Shown: one piece after another, positions 1 through 12,434 of the stretch | Position numbering within the stretch: position 1 is the first letter of the stretch | Layout of the letters: each line of letters opens with the position of its first letter | From: Pseudomonadota bacterium | Lineage (GTDB): Bacteria; Pseudomonadota; Gammaproteobacteria; Burkholderiales; Methylophilaceae | Assembly (NCBI GenBank): GCA_040387095.1 | Contig: JAZKEJ010000017.1 | Span: forward strand, 57,922-121,921 | Length of the DNA stretch: 64,000 nt | Reading direction: 5' to 3' | Made by a program: the position numbers and the translations under genes | Notes under the pieces: model-generated | The model's database searches: none | What the model was told of the DNA's origin: nothing | Seen by the model: the letters and a program-made list of their open reading frames with translations, nothing else

Positions 1-7
1 GGCTACA

Positions 8-556
8 ATGTCTTATGGTATTAGTAAGCCAAAAGATTTACTTGAAAAGCTTCAGCATGATGCTATTGAATTGAATTATCCATATAACCCTCATCATATT
101 TTTAACTTCATAATTACTGCATACAGTCTTTCGGAGTGGATACAAAAATATTACAACTCCCATAAAAGGGTGGACGCTTTCAAAATCGGAAAAGGTAAAT
201 TAGATAGCTGGAAATTACCCAAGAACGCAAGTAACTGGGTAGAAGCTAAATATTTGCCGACAGGCACTAATTATGAGTTTCACATTAAAGATGCATTATC
301 AATCTGTAATCACAGTGCAAATGCATCCAAGCATTATTACTGGAAAGACTCTGAATGCATTCTGTCTATTGAAGAGAATCCTAAAATAAGTGACTGGTAT
401 CAATGGTTCTTTCAATCTAGAGCAAGAGATTTGTTTGTAAATATTGAAGATAGGAATTACAGCTTTAACCAGTTAAAGAATATTGTCATTCAATTTTACT
501 CAGGTTTGATTGCACATTACGATTTAGAGAATTCAAAATTAAATTTATTAATGTAA
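8..556 (+). CDS. Hypothetical protein, AT-rich orphan (helical, weak HEPN-like ANxxKH motif)
   Basis: 182-aa ORF with AT-rich codons; motifs FNFIITAYSLSEW and CNHSANASKH; no confident family. Confidence 0.7.
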   Translation: MSYGISKPKDLLEKLQHDAIELNYPYNPHHIFNFIITAYSLSEWIQKYYNSHKRVDAFKIGKGKLDSWKLPKNASNWVEAKYLPTGTNYEFHIKDALSICNHSANASKHYYWKDSECILSIEENPKISDWYQWFFQSRARDLFVNIEDRNYSFNQLKNIVIQFYSGLIAHYDLENSKLNLLM

Positions 557-573
557 TTTGATGATAAAAAATA

Positions 574-1470
574 ATGCACAAAAGTTTAGAGAAAATTATT
601 ATTCGCGCAGAAGGCTTAATTAACCAGCTTGAAAACCTGTTGCCCGCAACTAACCCGCCAATAGATTGGAATGCGATTGCGTGGCGTTGGCTGATGCAAA
701 ATGGCAAAGGCCATTTACAGGCTGTCACGCATCCGCATCAAATTCAATTGGCCAATATCCATTTTGTGGATGCGCAAAAAGCTGAGATCGTACGTAATAC
801 GCGACAGTTTCTGGCTGGGTTTCCTGCCAATAATGTGTTACTTACTGGCGCGCGAGGCACCGGCAAATCTTCTTTAATTAAGGCATTGTTAACCGAATTT
901 TCTGCACAAGGTTTGCGCTTAATTGAGATTGAAAAGCAGGATTTGATCCATCTGGCTGAGATTGTTCAGCAAATTCGTGAGCGCACAGAAAAATTTATTA
1001 TTTTTTGCGATGACCTCACGTTTGAGGCCAATGATGACGGGTATAAGGCTTTAAAAGTTGTTTTGGACGGCTCAATTTCGCATACATCAGATAATGTACT
1101 GGTATATGCAACATCTAATCGCAAGCATCTTATACCTGAAATGATGGCCGATAATTTAGCCACGCAGCATGGTTTAAACGCAAAAGGCAGTCATGAGATC
1201 AGGCCAAGTGATACGGTTGAAGAAAAGACTTCTTTATCGGAGCGATTTGGCTTGTGGTTATCTTTTTACAGTTTTGATCAAGATGAGTATTTGCAGATTG
1301 CCGCTAATTGGTTAAAAACCTTTGATTTGGATTTTGATGAGCCTGCGCGCAAAGCCGCATTGGATTTCTCATTAACGCGTGGTGCACGAAGTGGTCGAAT
1401 TGCCTATCAGTTTGCGCGCGACTATGCAGGAAAAGTCGGTTTAGCAAAGCAACTAAGCAAGTCATATTGA
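574..1470 (+). CDS. DUF815-family AAA+ ATPase
   Basis: Walker A GARGTGKSS, Walker B IIFCDD, YATSNRKHL, EEKTSLSERFGLW, RGARSGRIA. Confidence 0.92.
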   Translation: MHKSLEKIIIRAEGLINQLENLLPATNPPIDWNAIAWRWLMQNGKGHLQAVTHPHQIQLANIHFVDAQKAEIVRNTRQFLAGFPANNVLLTGARGTGKSSLIKALLTEFSAQGLRLIEIEKQDLIHLAEIVQQIRERTEKFIIFCDDLTFEANDDGYKALKVVLDGSISHTSDNVLVYATSNRKHLIPEMMADNLATQHGLNAKGSHEIRPSDTVEEKTSLSERFGLWLSFYSFDQDEYLQIAANWLKTFDLDFDEPARKAALDFSLTRGARSGRIAYQFARDYAGKVGLAKQLSKSY

Positions 1471-2465
1471 AGTGGGTTGGTGAAGTGACTCAAAGCAAAA
1501 AAGTGGTGCAAGTTGCCGTTGCTATTTTGCAGCGAAATTCAACTATTTTTTCAGCAGGCAAATTTTTGATGGCAAGTCGGCCTGACGGCAAAGGTTGGGC
1601 CGGCTGGTGGGAGTTTCCTGGGGGGAAAGTAGAAGCTGGCGAATCGCCAGTGCAAGCCTTAAGCCGCGAATTAGAAGAAGAATTAGGCATCATTCCAACG
1701 CAAATCCAAGCTTGGTTAACACGTCATTTTGAATACCCTGCGACGCATGATGCGATTGCCAAAACCGTACAATTGCATTTTTATTTTGTCACCAAATGGC
1801 AAGGCCACTTAAACCCACGCGAAGGCCAACAATTAAGATGGCAATCCGCCTCTCACACGACCGTTTCACCTGTTTTACCTGCAAATGCGCCCATTATGCA
1901 TGCGCTGGCTTTGCCACCTATTTATGCGATTAGTAATATGGCCGAGATGGGCGAAACAGCTTTTTTAGGTGCTCTTGAATCACAGTTGAAACAAGGTTTA
2001 AGCTTAATTCAAATACGTGAAAAGCAACTTGAGCGAACGGCTTTGAGCAATTTGGTTGTCAAGATTCAGCAACTTGCCAAGCCATATGCCGCAAAGATTT
2101 TACTAAATGCTGACATTGCATTGGCGCAAAAGCTAGGTGTGGATGGCGTGCATTTGATCAGTGAAATGCTGATGAATTGTCAGGCGAAACCTGATGGCTT
2201 AATGGTTGCGGCATCTTGCCATGATCCAGTTGAATTGGCACATGCGGAGAAACTGGGTCTAGATTTTGTGGTGTTGTCGCCAGTCAATATGACGAAAAGT
2301 CACGAAAATGCCAAGCCTTTGGGTTGGTCAGCGTTTGAGCAGCTGATTCAAAATTGCAATATTCCGGTTTACGCATTGGGTGGCATGCAAATGTCGGATT
2401 TGTCTCTATCTTTTCAGGCTGGTGCGCGTGGAATTGCCATGCAACGTGCAATTTGGGGTGTGTAA
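1467..2465 (+). CDS. Nudix hydrolase (MutT-like) fused to a thiamine-phosphate-synthase-like domain; start may be GTG 1485
   Basis: Nudix box GGKVEAGESPVQALSRELEEELG; C-terminal ThiE-like motifs IQIREK, DGVHL, ASCH, PVYALGG. Confidence 0.9.
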   Translation: MKWVGEVTQSKKVVQVAVAILQRNSTIFSAGKFLMASRPDGKGWAGWWEFPGGKVEAGESPVQALSRELEEELGIIPTQIQAWLTRHFEYPATHDAIAKTVQLHFYFVTKWQGHLNPREGQQLRWQSASHTTVSPVLPANAPIMHALALPPIYAISNMAEMGETAFLGALESQLKQGLSLIQIREKQLERTALSNLVVKIQQLAKPYAAKILLNADIALAQKLGVDGVHLISEMLMNCQAKPDGLMVAASCHDPVELAHAEKLGLDFVVLSPVNMTKSHENAKPLGWSAFEQLIQNCNIPVYALGGMQMSDLSLSFQAGARGIAMQRAIWGV

Positions 2466-2591
2466 AATCTACACACGCTGGCTAATGTTGACTTCAATAA
2501 ATTTTCAAACAGCATTTCTTTTCAATTAACACTCGTTTTAAATCAATACTTAAATTTTAAAGCAATATTAAAAGTGAAGATTATAAACAGA

Positions 2592-3023
2592 TTAATTCAA
2601 TTCTTTGATTGGTAAAACAACGTCTTGATGGGTGATTTTGCCTGCTTTGTCTTTAAAGCATAAAGTAAATGTCGCTTTTTCGCCTGTTTTTAGTGGTTTT
2701 TTCAAATCAAATAACATCAAATGGAATCCACCTGGGGCCAGTTTTTCTGGCTTACCTGCTTGCAATGTTAATGTTTCTAACGCACGCATTTTCATCACGC
2801 CATTGGTCATCGTCATGCTATGAATTTCAACGCTGCCAGCAGCAGGGCTTTCTACATGAAATAAAGTACTGTCTTGTGGACTTTTTAATGTCATATAAGC
2901 TGCGCCGACGCTTTGCCCTGGTGCATTGGCTCTAACCCAGGCATCAGTGATGCTAACTTCAGCATGTGCATTGCTAATAATTAAAAACAATGTACAAATG
3001 AATACTTTAAATAGTTTTTTCAT
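2592..3023 (-). CDS. Periplasmic copper chaperone PCu(A)C
   Basis: Signal peptide; DAWVRA, AAYMTL, EIHSM...MKMR...PGGFHLML copper motif. Confidence 0.92.
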   Translation of the reverse strand: MKKLFKVFICTLFLIISNAHAEVSITDAWVRANAPGQSVGAAYMTLKSPQDSTLFHVESPAAGSVEIHSMTMTNGVMKMRALETLTLQAGKPEKLAPGGFHLMLFDLKKPLKTGEKATFTLCFKDKAGKITHQDVVLPIKELN

Positions 3024-3117
3024 GATTTTTATACCAGTTTAAATGCGGTGAATTTAAAGCTTAACTATTAGGACAGGGTGATAAAGCAATTAATTCAAAC
3101 GCAAAGATATTAATACC

Positions 3118-3318
3118 TTAATTTATATCATCTTCAGGTTTGGGTGGCGAGTTATCCGGAATCTTATAGTTTTCGTTTGCCCAATCGCCTAGATCAATCA
3201 TCTGGCATCGCTCAGAACAAAAGGGTCTAAATTTGTTGTTAAGAGTGTATTCGATTAATTTTTTACAGTTTGGGCAGGCGATTAAACGTGGTTTTGCATC
3301 AAACATTTCAAGGGACAT
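3118..3318 (-). CDS. yacG: DNA gyrase inhibitor YacG
   Basis: CPNC...RPFCSERCQMIDLGDW zinc finger; follows zapD. Confidence 0.95.
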   Translation of the reverse strand: MSLEMFDAKPRLIACPNCKKLIEYTLNNKFRPFCSERCQMIDLGDWANENYKIPDNSPPKPEDDIN

Positions 3319-3369
3319 TTCAAGCTAAATTTAAGAATTAATACTTATACCAAAAGCTTACATTGATGG

Positions 3370-4128
3370 CTAGAGGTTACACAGTGTCATTGTAAAATCG
3401 ATAGGGTGATCACATTGTTTTGGTCTTTGAATAAAATCCAAACCATTAAAGCGCACATTGATGGCATATTTATTCGCACTTACCTCAGGGAAACAGGGGC
3501 AGTCATCTTCTATTTGAATAATCAGCATTTGTGCAGGTTTAGCGCCACCTAGCATTTGCTGGAAAAATCCATGGTCGGCATGATGTTTAGAAGCCGCGCC
3601 GCTACCACGCAATATATGTAATATGGTTTTAATGGCGTCATACATGGGCATTAATTTGGATAGCCAGCCATCAAAATCCTGCTTACGACGTGCGCTATCC
3701 AGATTTAACCAGTGATGATAAGAAGGTAAATCAAATTGGCATACGCCACCAGGAATATTGACACGCTGCTTGATACTCATCAACCATTCATTTTCACGTA
3801 AATGCTGGCCTAGTTTTAAGCTCTCGCTCCGCAGCGTAGTGGAACAAGCGCCAATTTGCTTTAGAATTTTGTCTAGTGCAGCTTCTGCAATCACAGGATT
3901 ACCACGCAGATTTTGCATCGATAGTCGTTGTCGATCCAACTCCTGCACCAAATCCATTTTAAGATCAGCGCGATCAATAATATCCAGCATTTGTAACAGT
4001 GAAATGAGTGCGCTATGGTGGTTGTGCTGGTGGCCAGCATCAACGTTGAGCAATATTTTTGAGAAAAGATCTTCTAATCGCAAAAGCGTGCGTATACGTT
4101 CGTTAAATGGAAATTCGTAGCTAGACAT
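3370..4128 (-). CDS. zapD: Cell division protein ZapD
   Basis: YEFPFNERIRTLLRLE N-terminus; PGGVCQFDLPSYH; coaE-zapD-yacG order. Confidence 0.95.
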   Translation of the reverse strand: MSSYEFPFNERIRTLLRLEDLFSKILLNVDAGHQHNHHSALISLLQMLDIIDRADLKMDLVQELDRQRLSMQNLRGNPVIAEAALDKILKQIGACSTTLRSESLKLGQHLRENEWLMSIKQRVNIPGGVCQFDLPSYHHWLNLDSARRKQDFDGWLSKLMPMYDAIKTILHILRGSGAASKHHADHGFFQQMLGGAKPAQMLIIQIEDDCPCFPEVSANKYAINVRFNGLDFIQRPKQCDHPIDFTMTLCNL

Positions 4129-4174
4129 CGTAGGTATAAAAGTCTGCTTACTTATAATAGTAAATTGAGGTGAA

Positions 4175-4801
4175 TTATGAGATTGTTTTGCTAAGTATGC
4201 AAGTATTAATGTATTTTTTATGAATCACGTTTATTTTTTCGCGCAATTTTTCGACATTTTCATTATTCTCTATGACATCATTCGCTAATTTTAGGCGCTG
4301 TTTACGGGATGTTTGCGCTTTTATAATCTGGATAATTTGTGATTCTGGTAAATTGCTGCGATTCATAACACGTTCGATTTGTATTTTTTCATCACAATCG
4401 ATAACTAAAATGCGATTAATATGCGGTGAATAACGCGGACTTTCAAATAAAAGCGGCACTACTAATATTTGATAGGGGAATATTGAGCTAATTTCGTTTT
4501 GCTGTAATTGCCTGATCGCTTCATCATAAATGGCCGGATGTAAAATAGCGTTTAATTTTTCTAATGCATATTGATCCGTAAACACCAAATCTCGCATGGC
4601 TTTACGGTCTAATGCACCATCTGGCGTGATGTATTGATGGCCAAAATTAGCCGCCAGAATGCTAATTAAAGGCTGGTTTGCAGAAGTTAATTGATGCGAA
4701 ATTGTATCTACATCGGTAATAGCCACGCCAAGTTCCGCAAATATTTTCGCCGCTTCTGATTTGCCGCTACCAATTCCGCCTGTTAACGCTACAACGTACA
4801 T
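4175..4801 (-). CDS. coaE: Dephospho-CoA kinase
   Basis: LTGGIGSGKS P-loop, LNAILHP, VPLLFE; ATG at 4801. Confidence 0.96.
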   Translation of the reverse strand: MYVVALTGGIGSGKSEAAKIFAELGVAITDVDTISHQLTSANQPLISILAANFGHQYITPDGALDRKAMRDLVFTDQYALEKLNAILHPAIYDEAIRQLQQNEISSIFPYQILVVPLLFESPRYSPHINRILVIDCDEKIQIERVMNRSNLPESQIIQIIKAQTSRKQRLKLANDVIENNENVEKLREKINVIHKKYINTCILSKTIS

Positions 4802-4814
4802 CAATTAGCCAATA

Positions 4815-5711
4815 TTAAAGGTAAAAGCTAGCTAACTGCTGGCCAAAAAATAGAGCAGCAATGCCGCCAAGCGCTAAAAATGGACCAAAAGGAATGGCGC
4901 TATTACGGCCTTTACCCTTAAATAAAATCAAGCCGACACCCATGACCGCGCCCACCAATGAGCTTAACAGAATAACTGCAGGTAGTATTTGCCAGCCAAA
5001 CCAGGCGCCGATGGCAGCCAGCAATTTAAAATCGCCATAACCCATGCCTTCTTTACCAGTGACCAATTTAAACAGCCAAAAAATAAGCCACAGAATCATA
5101 TAGCCAGCCATCGCCCCGATTACAGCAGATTCCAGATCAGCGAATCCATTGTTTAAATTGAATAAAAGCCCTAGCCAAAGTAAAGGCAGGACGATATCAT
5201 CTGGTAATAAGAAAGTGTCTAAATCGATAAAGGTAAGTGCAATTAGCGCAAATATAAAGACAAAAATAAACAGTGTAGCGCTACTGTAACCGTAAATATA
5301 TGCAGCTAAACCAATTAGCGCGCCAGTCAATGCTTCAATTAAGGGATAGCGCATACTGATTTTGGTTTTACAGCCTTTGCATTTTCCGCCTAGTACTAAA
5401 TAACTGATGATAGGAATATTTTCCAATACGCCGATTTTATGCCCACATTTGGGGCAGGCAGAGCGCGGCGTAACGATGTTGTATTTTGGTGGCTGAGGCA
5501 ATGCGCTTAATTCAGCTTCGCTTAAATTTGCCGCTAAGGCTTGCCGTTGCTGAAAGTACAATTCCTCCGCATTTTCCATCATGATGGGTAAGCGATGAAT
5601 CACCACATTTAAAAAGCTACCGACCATCAGGCCAAATATGACTGAAAAAATGACAAAAACAATTGGTTCAGCACGCAACAGATCAGATAGTGGTACAAAA
5701 AAATCAAACAT
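4815..5711 (-). CDS. pilD: Prepilin peptidase / N-methyltransferase
   Basis: GSFLNVVIHRLP, two CxxC, IDLDTFLLPD, GMGYGDFKL, PFGPFL. Confidence 0.96.
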   Translation of the reverse strand: MFDFFVPLSDLLRAEPIVFVIFSVIFGLMVGSFLNVVIHRLPIMMENAEELYFQQRQALAANLSEAELSALPQPPKYNIVTPRSACPKCGHKIGVLENIPIISYLVLGGKCKGCKTKISMRYPLIEALTGALIGLAAYIYGYSSATLFIFVFIFALIALTFIDLDTFLLPDDIVLPLLWLGLLFNLNNGFADLESAVIGAMAGYMILWLIFWLFKLVTGKEGMGYGDFKLLAAIGAWFGWQILPAVILLSSLVGAVMGVGLILFKGKGRNSAIPFGPFLALGGIAALFFGQQLASFYL

Positions 5712-5871
5712 ATTGTTCCTTATTGTTGGTGCTAGGTTAGTGCAAGCACACTTAAAACTTGATGTAAACTAACGCAATCATCGCATCGTTAAAGTAACTG
5801 TGCAACCTCGGCCAAGGTTTGGGGTTAATGTTGTTTAACTATTTAAAATGTTTGAGCTTAATTTAATTCAA

Positions 5872-5899
5872 CTTGAATTTAAGTTAATTGGCACCATTT
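5872..5899 (+). promoter_or_regulatory. Possible sigma32 (RpoH) promoter of the hypothetical gene at 5936
   Basis: CTTGAA-N14-CACCATTT versus consensus CTTGAAA-N13/14-CCCCATNT. Confidence 0.45.
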
Positions 5900-5935
5900 A
5901 ATGTTGCAACGATGTGACAAGTATTTAGGAACAAT

Positions 5936-6334
5936 ATGACAGATCAAAAAGAAGTATTAAATATCAAAGAGCTCGTGGAGCTGAATAATATCAATCATCC
6001 TGCTTGGGATGAGCCGATTATTTGCCGCGTAGAAGTGGATTTGCCTGGCTGGTTGAAACAGCTGACAGGCGGCAAACAGTGGGAAGTTTACGGTGAGGAC
6101 GAAGAAGAGACCTGCATTAGTTTTGCGCTACGCGAATTGCATGCGAAAACGCACGAAAAAAATCAAGCGAGAACATCAACATTGGCGGAAGTGACGCTTT
6201 ATCATAACGGTTACGCGGTAGTTGACGTAGATGGAAAAGCTTTGTTTGACGGCACGTTAACCAACGGCACAAGCGATTGCGCACATTTAAGCTACTTCCA
6301 TGCGGAAAGCGGTGAGCCTATTACCTTGAATTAA
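5936..6334 (+). CDS. Hypothetical acidic cytoplasmic protein
   Basis: 132-aa ORF, AGGA Shine-Dalgarno, host-like codons, no recognised family. Confidence 0.8.
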   Translation: MTDQKEVLNIKELVELNNINHPAWDEPIICRVEVDLPGWLKQLTGGKQWEVYGEDEEETCISFALRELHAKTHEKNQARTSTLAEVTLYHNGYAVVDVDGKALFDGTLTNGTSDCAHLSYFHAESGEPITLN

Positions 6335-6368
6335 TTTCAGTGAATAATAGAGTTAAATTTGACTTTAC

Positions 6369-7337
6369 TTAGTAAGATCGATTAACCGCAAAAGCCGCTA
6401 AATCTATCAGCGATCTTTTGTGAGCTGAGTCTGGAAGATGCGCGATTGCTGCGCAGCCTTGTTCTGATTCTGATCTGGCTAAATTTAATACATAATCGCT
6501 GGCGTTAGTAAACTTTACCGTCGCCAGCACTGCATCTAAGTTTTCCAATCCACCCAGTTGTATGGCTTTGCGCACAACAGCAGCATTTTCGGGTGTGCTT
6601 TTGTGCATCGCATAAAGTAAAGGCAAGGTTGGCTTGCCTTCACTCAAATCATCGCCCAAGTTTTTGCCAATTTTTGCGACATCTCCACTTAGATCCAGCA
6701 CGTCATCAACTAACTGAAAAGCGGTGCCAAGCTTCATGCCATATAAGGCAAGCGCATCTTCATCTTCACGGCTGGCATTGTTAATCACTGCGCCTAAGCG
6801 CATGGCAGCTTCAAATAATTTAGCCGTCTTGTAGTGAATCACCTTTATATATTGTGCTTCAGTGACATCGGCATTATTAATATTCAGTAATTGCAACACT
6901 TCACCTTCAGCAATTACATTGGTTGCCTCGGACAAAATTTCCATTACACGCATATTTTTTAATTGCACCATCATTTGGAATGCGCGGGAATATAAAAAAT
7001 CGCCGACTAATACACTCGCTGCATTACCAAAAATATGATTAGCGGTACTTTTGCCGCGGCGCATGGCAGATTCATCTACCACGTCATCATGCAGTAGCGT
7101 TGCGGTATGAATAAACTCTACAATAGCCGCAAGCTCATGATGGTGAGCTTGAATGGGGGCGAAAATGCCAGCTGATAGCAATACCAATGATGGCCGCAAA
7201 CGTTTGCCGCCGCCATTAATAATATGTTCCCCAATGGTATTAATCAGGCTAACTTCAGAGTGAAGTGAGTTGCGGATAACATTGTCGACCGCTTGCATAT
7301 CAAGCGAAATTGAAGATTGAATAAGTTTTAAATCCAC
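6369..7337 (-). CDS. ispB: Octaprenyl diphosphate synthase
   Basis: GGKRLRP, LLHDDVVD and FQLVDDVLD motifs; divergent from rplU. Confidence 0.95.
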   Translation of the reverse strand: MDLKLIQSSISLDMQAVDNVIRNSLHSEVSLINTIGEHIINGGGKRLRPSLVLLSAGIFAPIQAHHHELAAIVEFIHTATLLHDDVVDESAMRRGKSTANHIFGNAASVLVGDFLYSRAFQMMVQLKNMRVMEILSEATNVIAEGEVLQLLNINNADVTEAQYIKVIHYKTAKLFEAAMRLGAVINNASREDEDALALYGMKLGTAFQLVDDVLDLSGDVAKIGKNLGDDLSEGKPTLPLLYAMHKSTPENAAVVRKAIQLGGLENLDAVLATVKFTNASDYVLNLARSESEQGCAAIAHLPDSAHKRSLIDLAAFAVNRSY

Positions 7338-7477
7338 ACGCTACGCCAATAATAAAAAGCCAATATAATAGCTACTATTTTAACACAGGCATTCGAGGTC
7401 TATATTCAAGACTTTGAATCAATTCAAGCCAAGACTTTTCGATGAATTAAACAGGGCGAATAATTGTGATTTAAGGT

Positions 7478-7510
7478 TTGCAATGTATGCTAATTTAAGT
7501 ATAATGCGCG
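7478..7510 (+). promoter_or_regulatory. Sigma70 promoter of rplU-rpmA with GC-rich discriminator
   Basis: TTGCAA-N16-TATAAT followed by GCGCG. Confidence 0.7.
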
Positions 7511-7544
7511 ATTCATTTGAACGTGTAGAAGCAAGGTCAAAACC

Positions 7545-7922
7545 ATGTACGCAGTAATTAAAACAGGTGGCAAACAATATAAAGTAGTTGCCGGTGAGAG
7601 ACTTAAAGTAGAGAAAATCGTGGGCGATGTTGGCGCTACAGTGGTTATCGACAAAGTGTTGATGATTTCTGATGCAGCAAATACAACTATCGGCGCGCCT
7701 TTAATTGCTGGTGCTACAGTGAGTGCCACCGTGCTTTCACACGGCCGTGCAGATAAAGTGATGATTTTCAAATTTCGTCGCCGTAAGCACTACCGTAAAA
7801 CGCAAGGCCATCGCCAAAGCTTCACAGAGATTCAAATTGGTGAGATTTTAGCGGCAGGCGCATCTGCTGAAAAAGCTGCGCCAAAATCAGCAAAAGCCAA
7901 GCCAGCTAAAGCGGCAGAATAA
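7545..7922 (+). CDS. rplU: 50S ribosomal protein L21 with Ala/Lys C-terminal extension
   Basis: [14 protein letters not shown]...[15 protein letters not shown]. Confidence 0.99.
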   Translation: MYAVIKTGGKQYKVVAGERLKVEKIVGDVGATVVIDKVLMISDAANTTIGAPLIAGATVSATVLSHGRADKVMIFKFRRRKHYRKTQGHRQSFTEIQIGEILAAGASAEKAAPKSAKAKPAKAAE

Positions 7923-7968
7923 TTGAACTCTACATATTAGATTCACTGAAGAATTAAAGGATTAAATC

Positions 7969-8226
7969 ATGGCACACAAAAAAGCAGGCGGTAGTTCACG
8001 TAACGGTCGCGATTCACACTCACAACGTTTAGGCGTTAAAGCATTTGGTGAAACGGTTGTTTCAGCAGGTAGTATCATTGTGCGTCAACGCGGTACTAAA
8101 ATGCACGCTGGTGAAAATGTCGGCATGGGTAAAGACCATACATTATTTGCAAAAATTGAAGGTAAAGTAACATTTGCTACCAAAGGCGCGCTACGTCGCC
8201 ATACTGTAAGCATTGTTGCAGTTTAA
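7969..8226 (+). CDS. rpmA: 50S ribosomal protein L27
   Basis: [16 protein letters not shown]. Confidence 0.99.
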   Translation: MAHKKAGGSSRNGRDSHSQRLGVKAFGETVVSAGSIIVRQRGTKMHAGENVGMGKDHTLFAKIEGKVTFATKGALRRHTVSIVAV

Positions 8227-8243
8227 ATTTAAGTAGTATGATT

Positions 8244-8273
8244 AAAGCCTCATCGTTGCGATGGGGCTTTTTT
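8244..8273 (+). terminator. Intrinsic terminator after rpmA
   Basis: AAAGCCTCATCG-TTG-CGATGGGGCTTT followed by a T run. Confidence 0.85.
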
Positions 8274-8298
8274 ATTTTAGAGTTTAAGTAACGACGCT

Positions 8299-10602
<2,304 letters not shown>

Positions 10603-10632
10603 AGTTGAAAAATATTTTAGTGAGAATACTGA

Positions 10633-11127
10633 ATGAATAAACCTTTAGTAGCCATTTTGATGGGTTCTGACAGCGATTGGCCTGTGATGAAAAATGCCGC
10701 GCAAATGCTGGCAGATTTCGGTGTGCCTTATGAGGCGAAAGTGGTCTCGGCGCATCGTACGCCAGACTTAATGTTTAAATTTGCTGAAAATGCACATCAG
10801 CAAGGTTATCAAATCATCATTGCTGGCGCTGGTGGCGCAGCACATTTACCTGGTATGGTGGCTGCTAAGACAACATTGCCGGTGTTAGGCGTGCCAGTAC
10901 CAAGCAAACATTTACAAGGGCAGGATTCTTTATTATCCATCGTGCAGATGCCCAAGGGCATACCCGTCGCCACTTTTGCGATTGGCGATGCTGGCGCGGC
11001 AAATGCGGGCTTGTTTGCGGTATCTATTTTGGCAAACCACGATGCGTCTTTGGCAAAGAAATTAGCAGAGTTCAGATTGAATCAAAGCGATAAAGTGCAC
11101 GCCATGGAGTTAAGTGAAAAGCCATGA
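10633..11127 (+). CDS. purE: N5-CAIR mutase
   Basis: [25 protein letters not shown]. Confidence 0.98.
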   Translation: MNKPLVAILMGSDSDWPVMKNAAQMLADFGVPYEAKVVSAHRTPDLMFKFAENAHQQGYQIIIAGAGGAAHLPGMVAAKTTLPVLGVPVPSKHLQGQDSLLSIVQMPKGIPVATFAIGDAGAANAGLFAVSILANHDASLAKKLAEFRLNQSDKVHAMELSEKP

Positions 11128-12278
11128 CCAAAAGCCAGATCATTAATCCACCAGCAATGTTGGGCATGTTAGGCGGCGGGCAATTAGGCCGTTTTTTTGT
11201 GATTGCTGCACACGAAATGGGATATAAAGTAACAGTTCTTGATCCAGATAAAAATAGCCCTGCAGGCAAAATAGCCGATGTACATTTGTGCGCGGCTTAT
11301 GATGATGTGATGGCACTTAAAACAATGGCAGACACGTGTGCTGCCGTAACCACAGAGTTTGAAAATGTACCAGCTGCCACTCTAGAAAAATTAGCTGAAT
11401 CGACCGTTGTGCGACCCAATGCAGCTTGTGTGGCAATCGCCCAAAATCGTGTTTTAGAAAAAAACTTTATCAAACAGGCTGGTTTGCCAGTTGCGCCGTT
11501 TGCTGTCATTAATACTGTGAGTGATTTGCCAAATAATAGCAGTGAGTTGTATCCCGCGATTTTAAAAGTGGCGCGGTTTGGTTACGATGGCAAAGGTCAA
11601 GCTCGCGTTAAGAATAAGCTTGAGGCTGAAAAAGCATTTGCCGATTTTAAGCAAGAAATCTGTGTATTAGAGCAAATGTTGCCACTCGATCTTGAGGTTT
11701 CCGTAGTATTAGCGCGTGATGCACAGGGCAATATCGCCGCTTTTCCAACCGTGGAAAACACGCATCTTAATGGCATCCTAGACATCAGCATTGCGCCAGC
11801 CAGATGTTCGGAAGTGATTAAAGCCAATGCGCAAGAACTGGCAAAAAAACTCGCGAATCAGTTAGGTTACACTGGTGTATTGGGTGTAGAATTTTTCGTG
11901 GTCGGTACTCAATTATTGGTGAATGAAATCGCGCCGCGCCCGCATAATTCTGGTCATTACACGATTGATGCATGCATCACTAATCAATTTGAGCAGCAAG
12001 TGCGTGTGATGACAGGCTTGCCTTTAGGCAATGCTAGTTTGCACAGTGCTGCGGTAATGGTAAATATTCTAGGTGATAGTTGGGTGAACGACGCTGAACC
12101 CGTTTGGGATAAAGCCTTTGCGCACAGTAATTTAAAGCTGCATTTATATGGTAAAGAACAACCACGTAAAGCCCGAAAAATGGGACACTTCACCGTGATT
12201 GGGTTGATGAGAGTGAAAGAGAAACAAACTTTACTGAATACCGCTTTGATTGCGCGCAGTGAGTTAAATATCGGCTGA
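11124..12278 (+). CDS. purK: N5-CAIR synthase
   Basis: [31 protein letters not shown]. Confidence 0.98.
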   Translation: MTKSQIINPPAMLGMLGGGQLGRFFVIAAHEMGYKVTVLDPDKNSPAGKIADVHLCAAYDDVMALKTMADTCAAVTTEFENVPAATLEKLAESTVVRPNAACVAIAQNRVLEKNFIKQAGLPVAPFAVINTVSDLPNNSSELYPAILKVARFGYDGKGQARVKNKLEAEKAFADFKQEICVLEQMLPLDLEVSVVLARDAQGNIAAFPTVENTHLNGILDISIAPARCSEVIKANAQELAKKLANQLGYTGVLGVEFFVVGTQLLVNEIAPRPHNSGHYTIDACITNQFEQQVRVMTGLPLGNASLHSAAVMVNILGDSWVNDAEPVWDKAFAHSNLKLHLYGKEQPRKARKMGHFTVIGLMRVKEKQTLLNTALIARSELNIG

Positions 12279-12382
12279 ATTAAATAATGGGTGAATGATA
12301 TTATTTAGGTAAACAATATCATTCACATAAAGTTAACCTAAAAAAATGGTTAACTTTTCACTTAAATAACTTGCTAAAACTA

Positions 12383-12408
12383 AAAAAGCCTCGCATGCGA
12401 GGCTTTTT
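12383..12408. terminator. Bidirectional intrinsic terminator between purK and rpsT
   Basis: AAAAAGCCTCGC-AT-GCGAGGCTTTTT. Confidence 0.88.
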
Positions 12409-12434
12409 ATTATGTTGCTGATTAAGTGCTTAGA

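Noticed and set aside
1467-2465. MutT-ThiE-like fusion as a novelty
   Set aside because: This architecture is already well known in beta- and gammaproteobacteria at this locus
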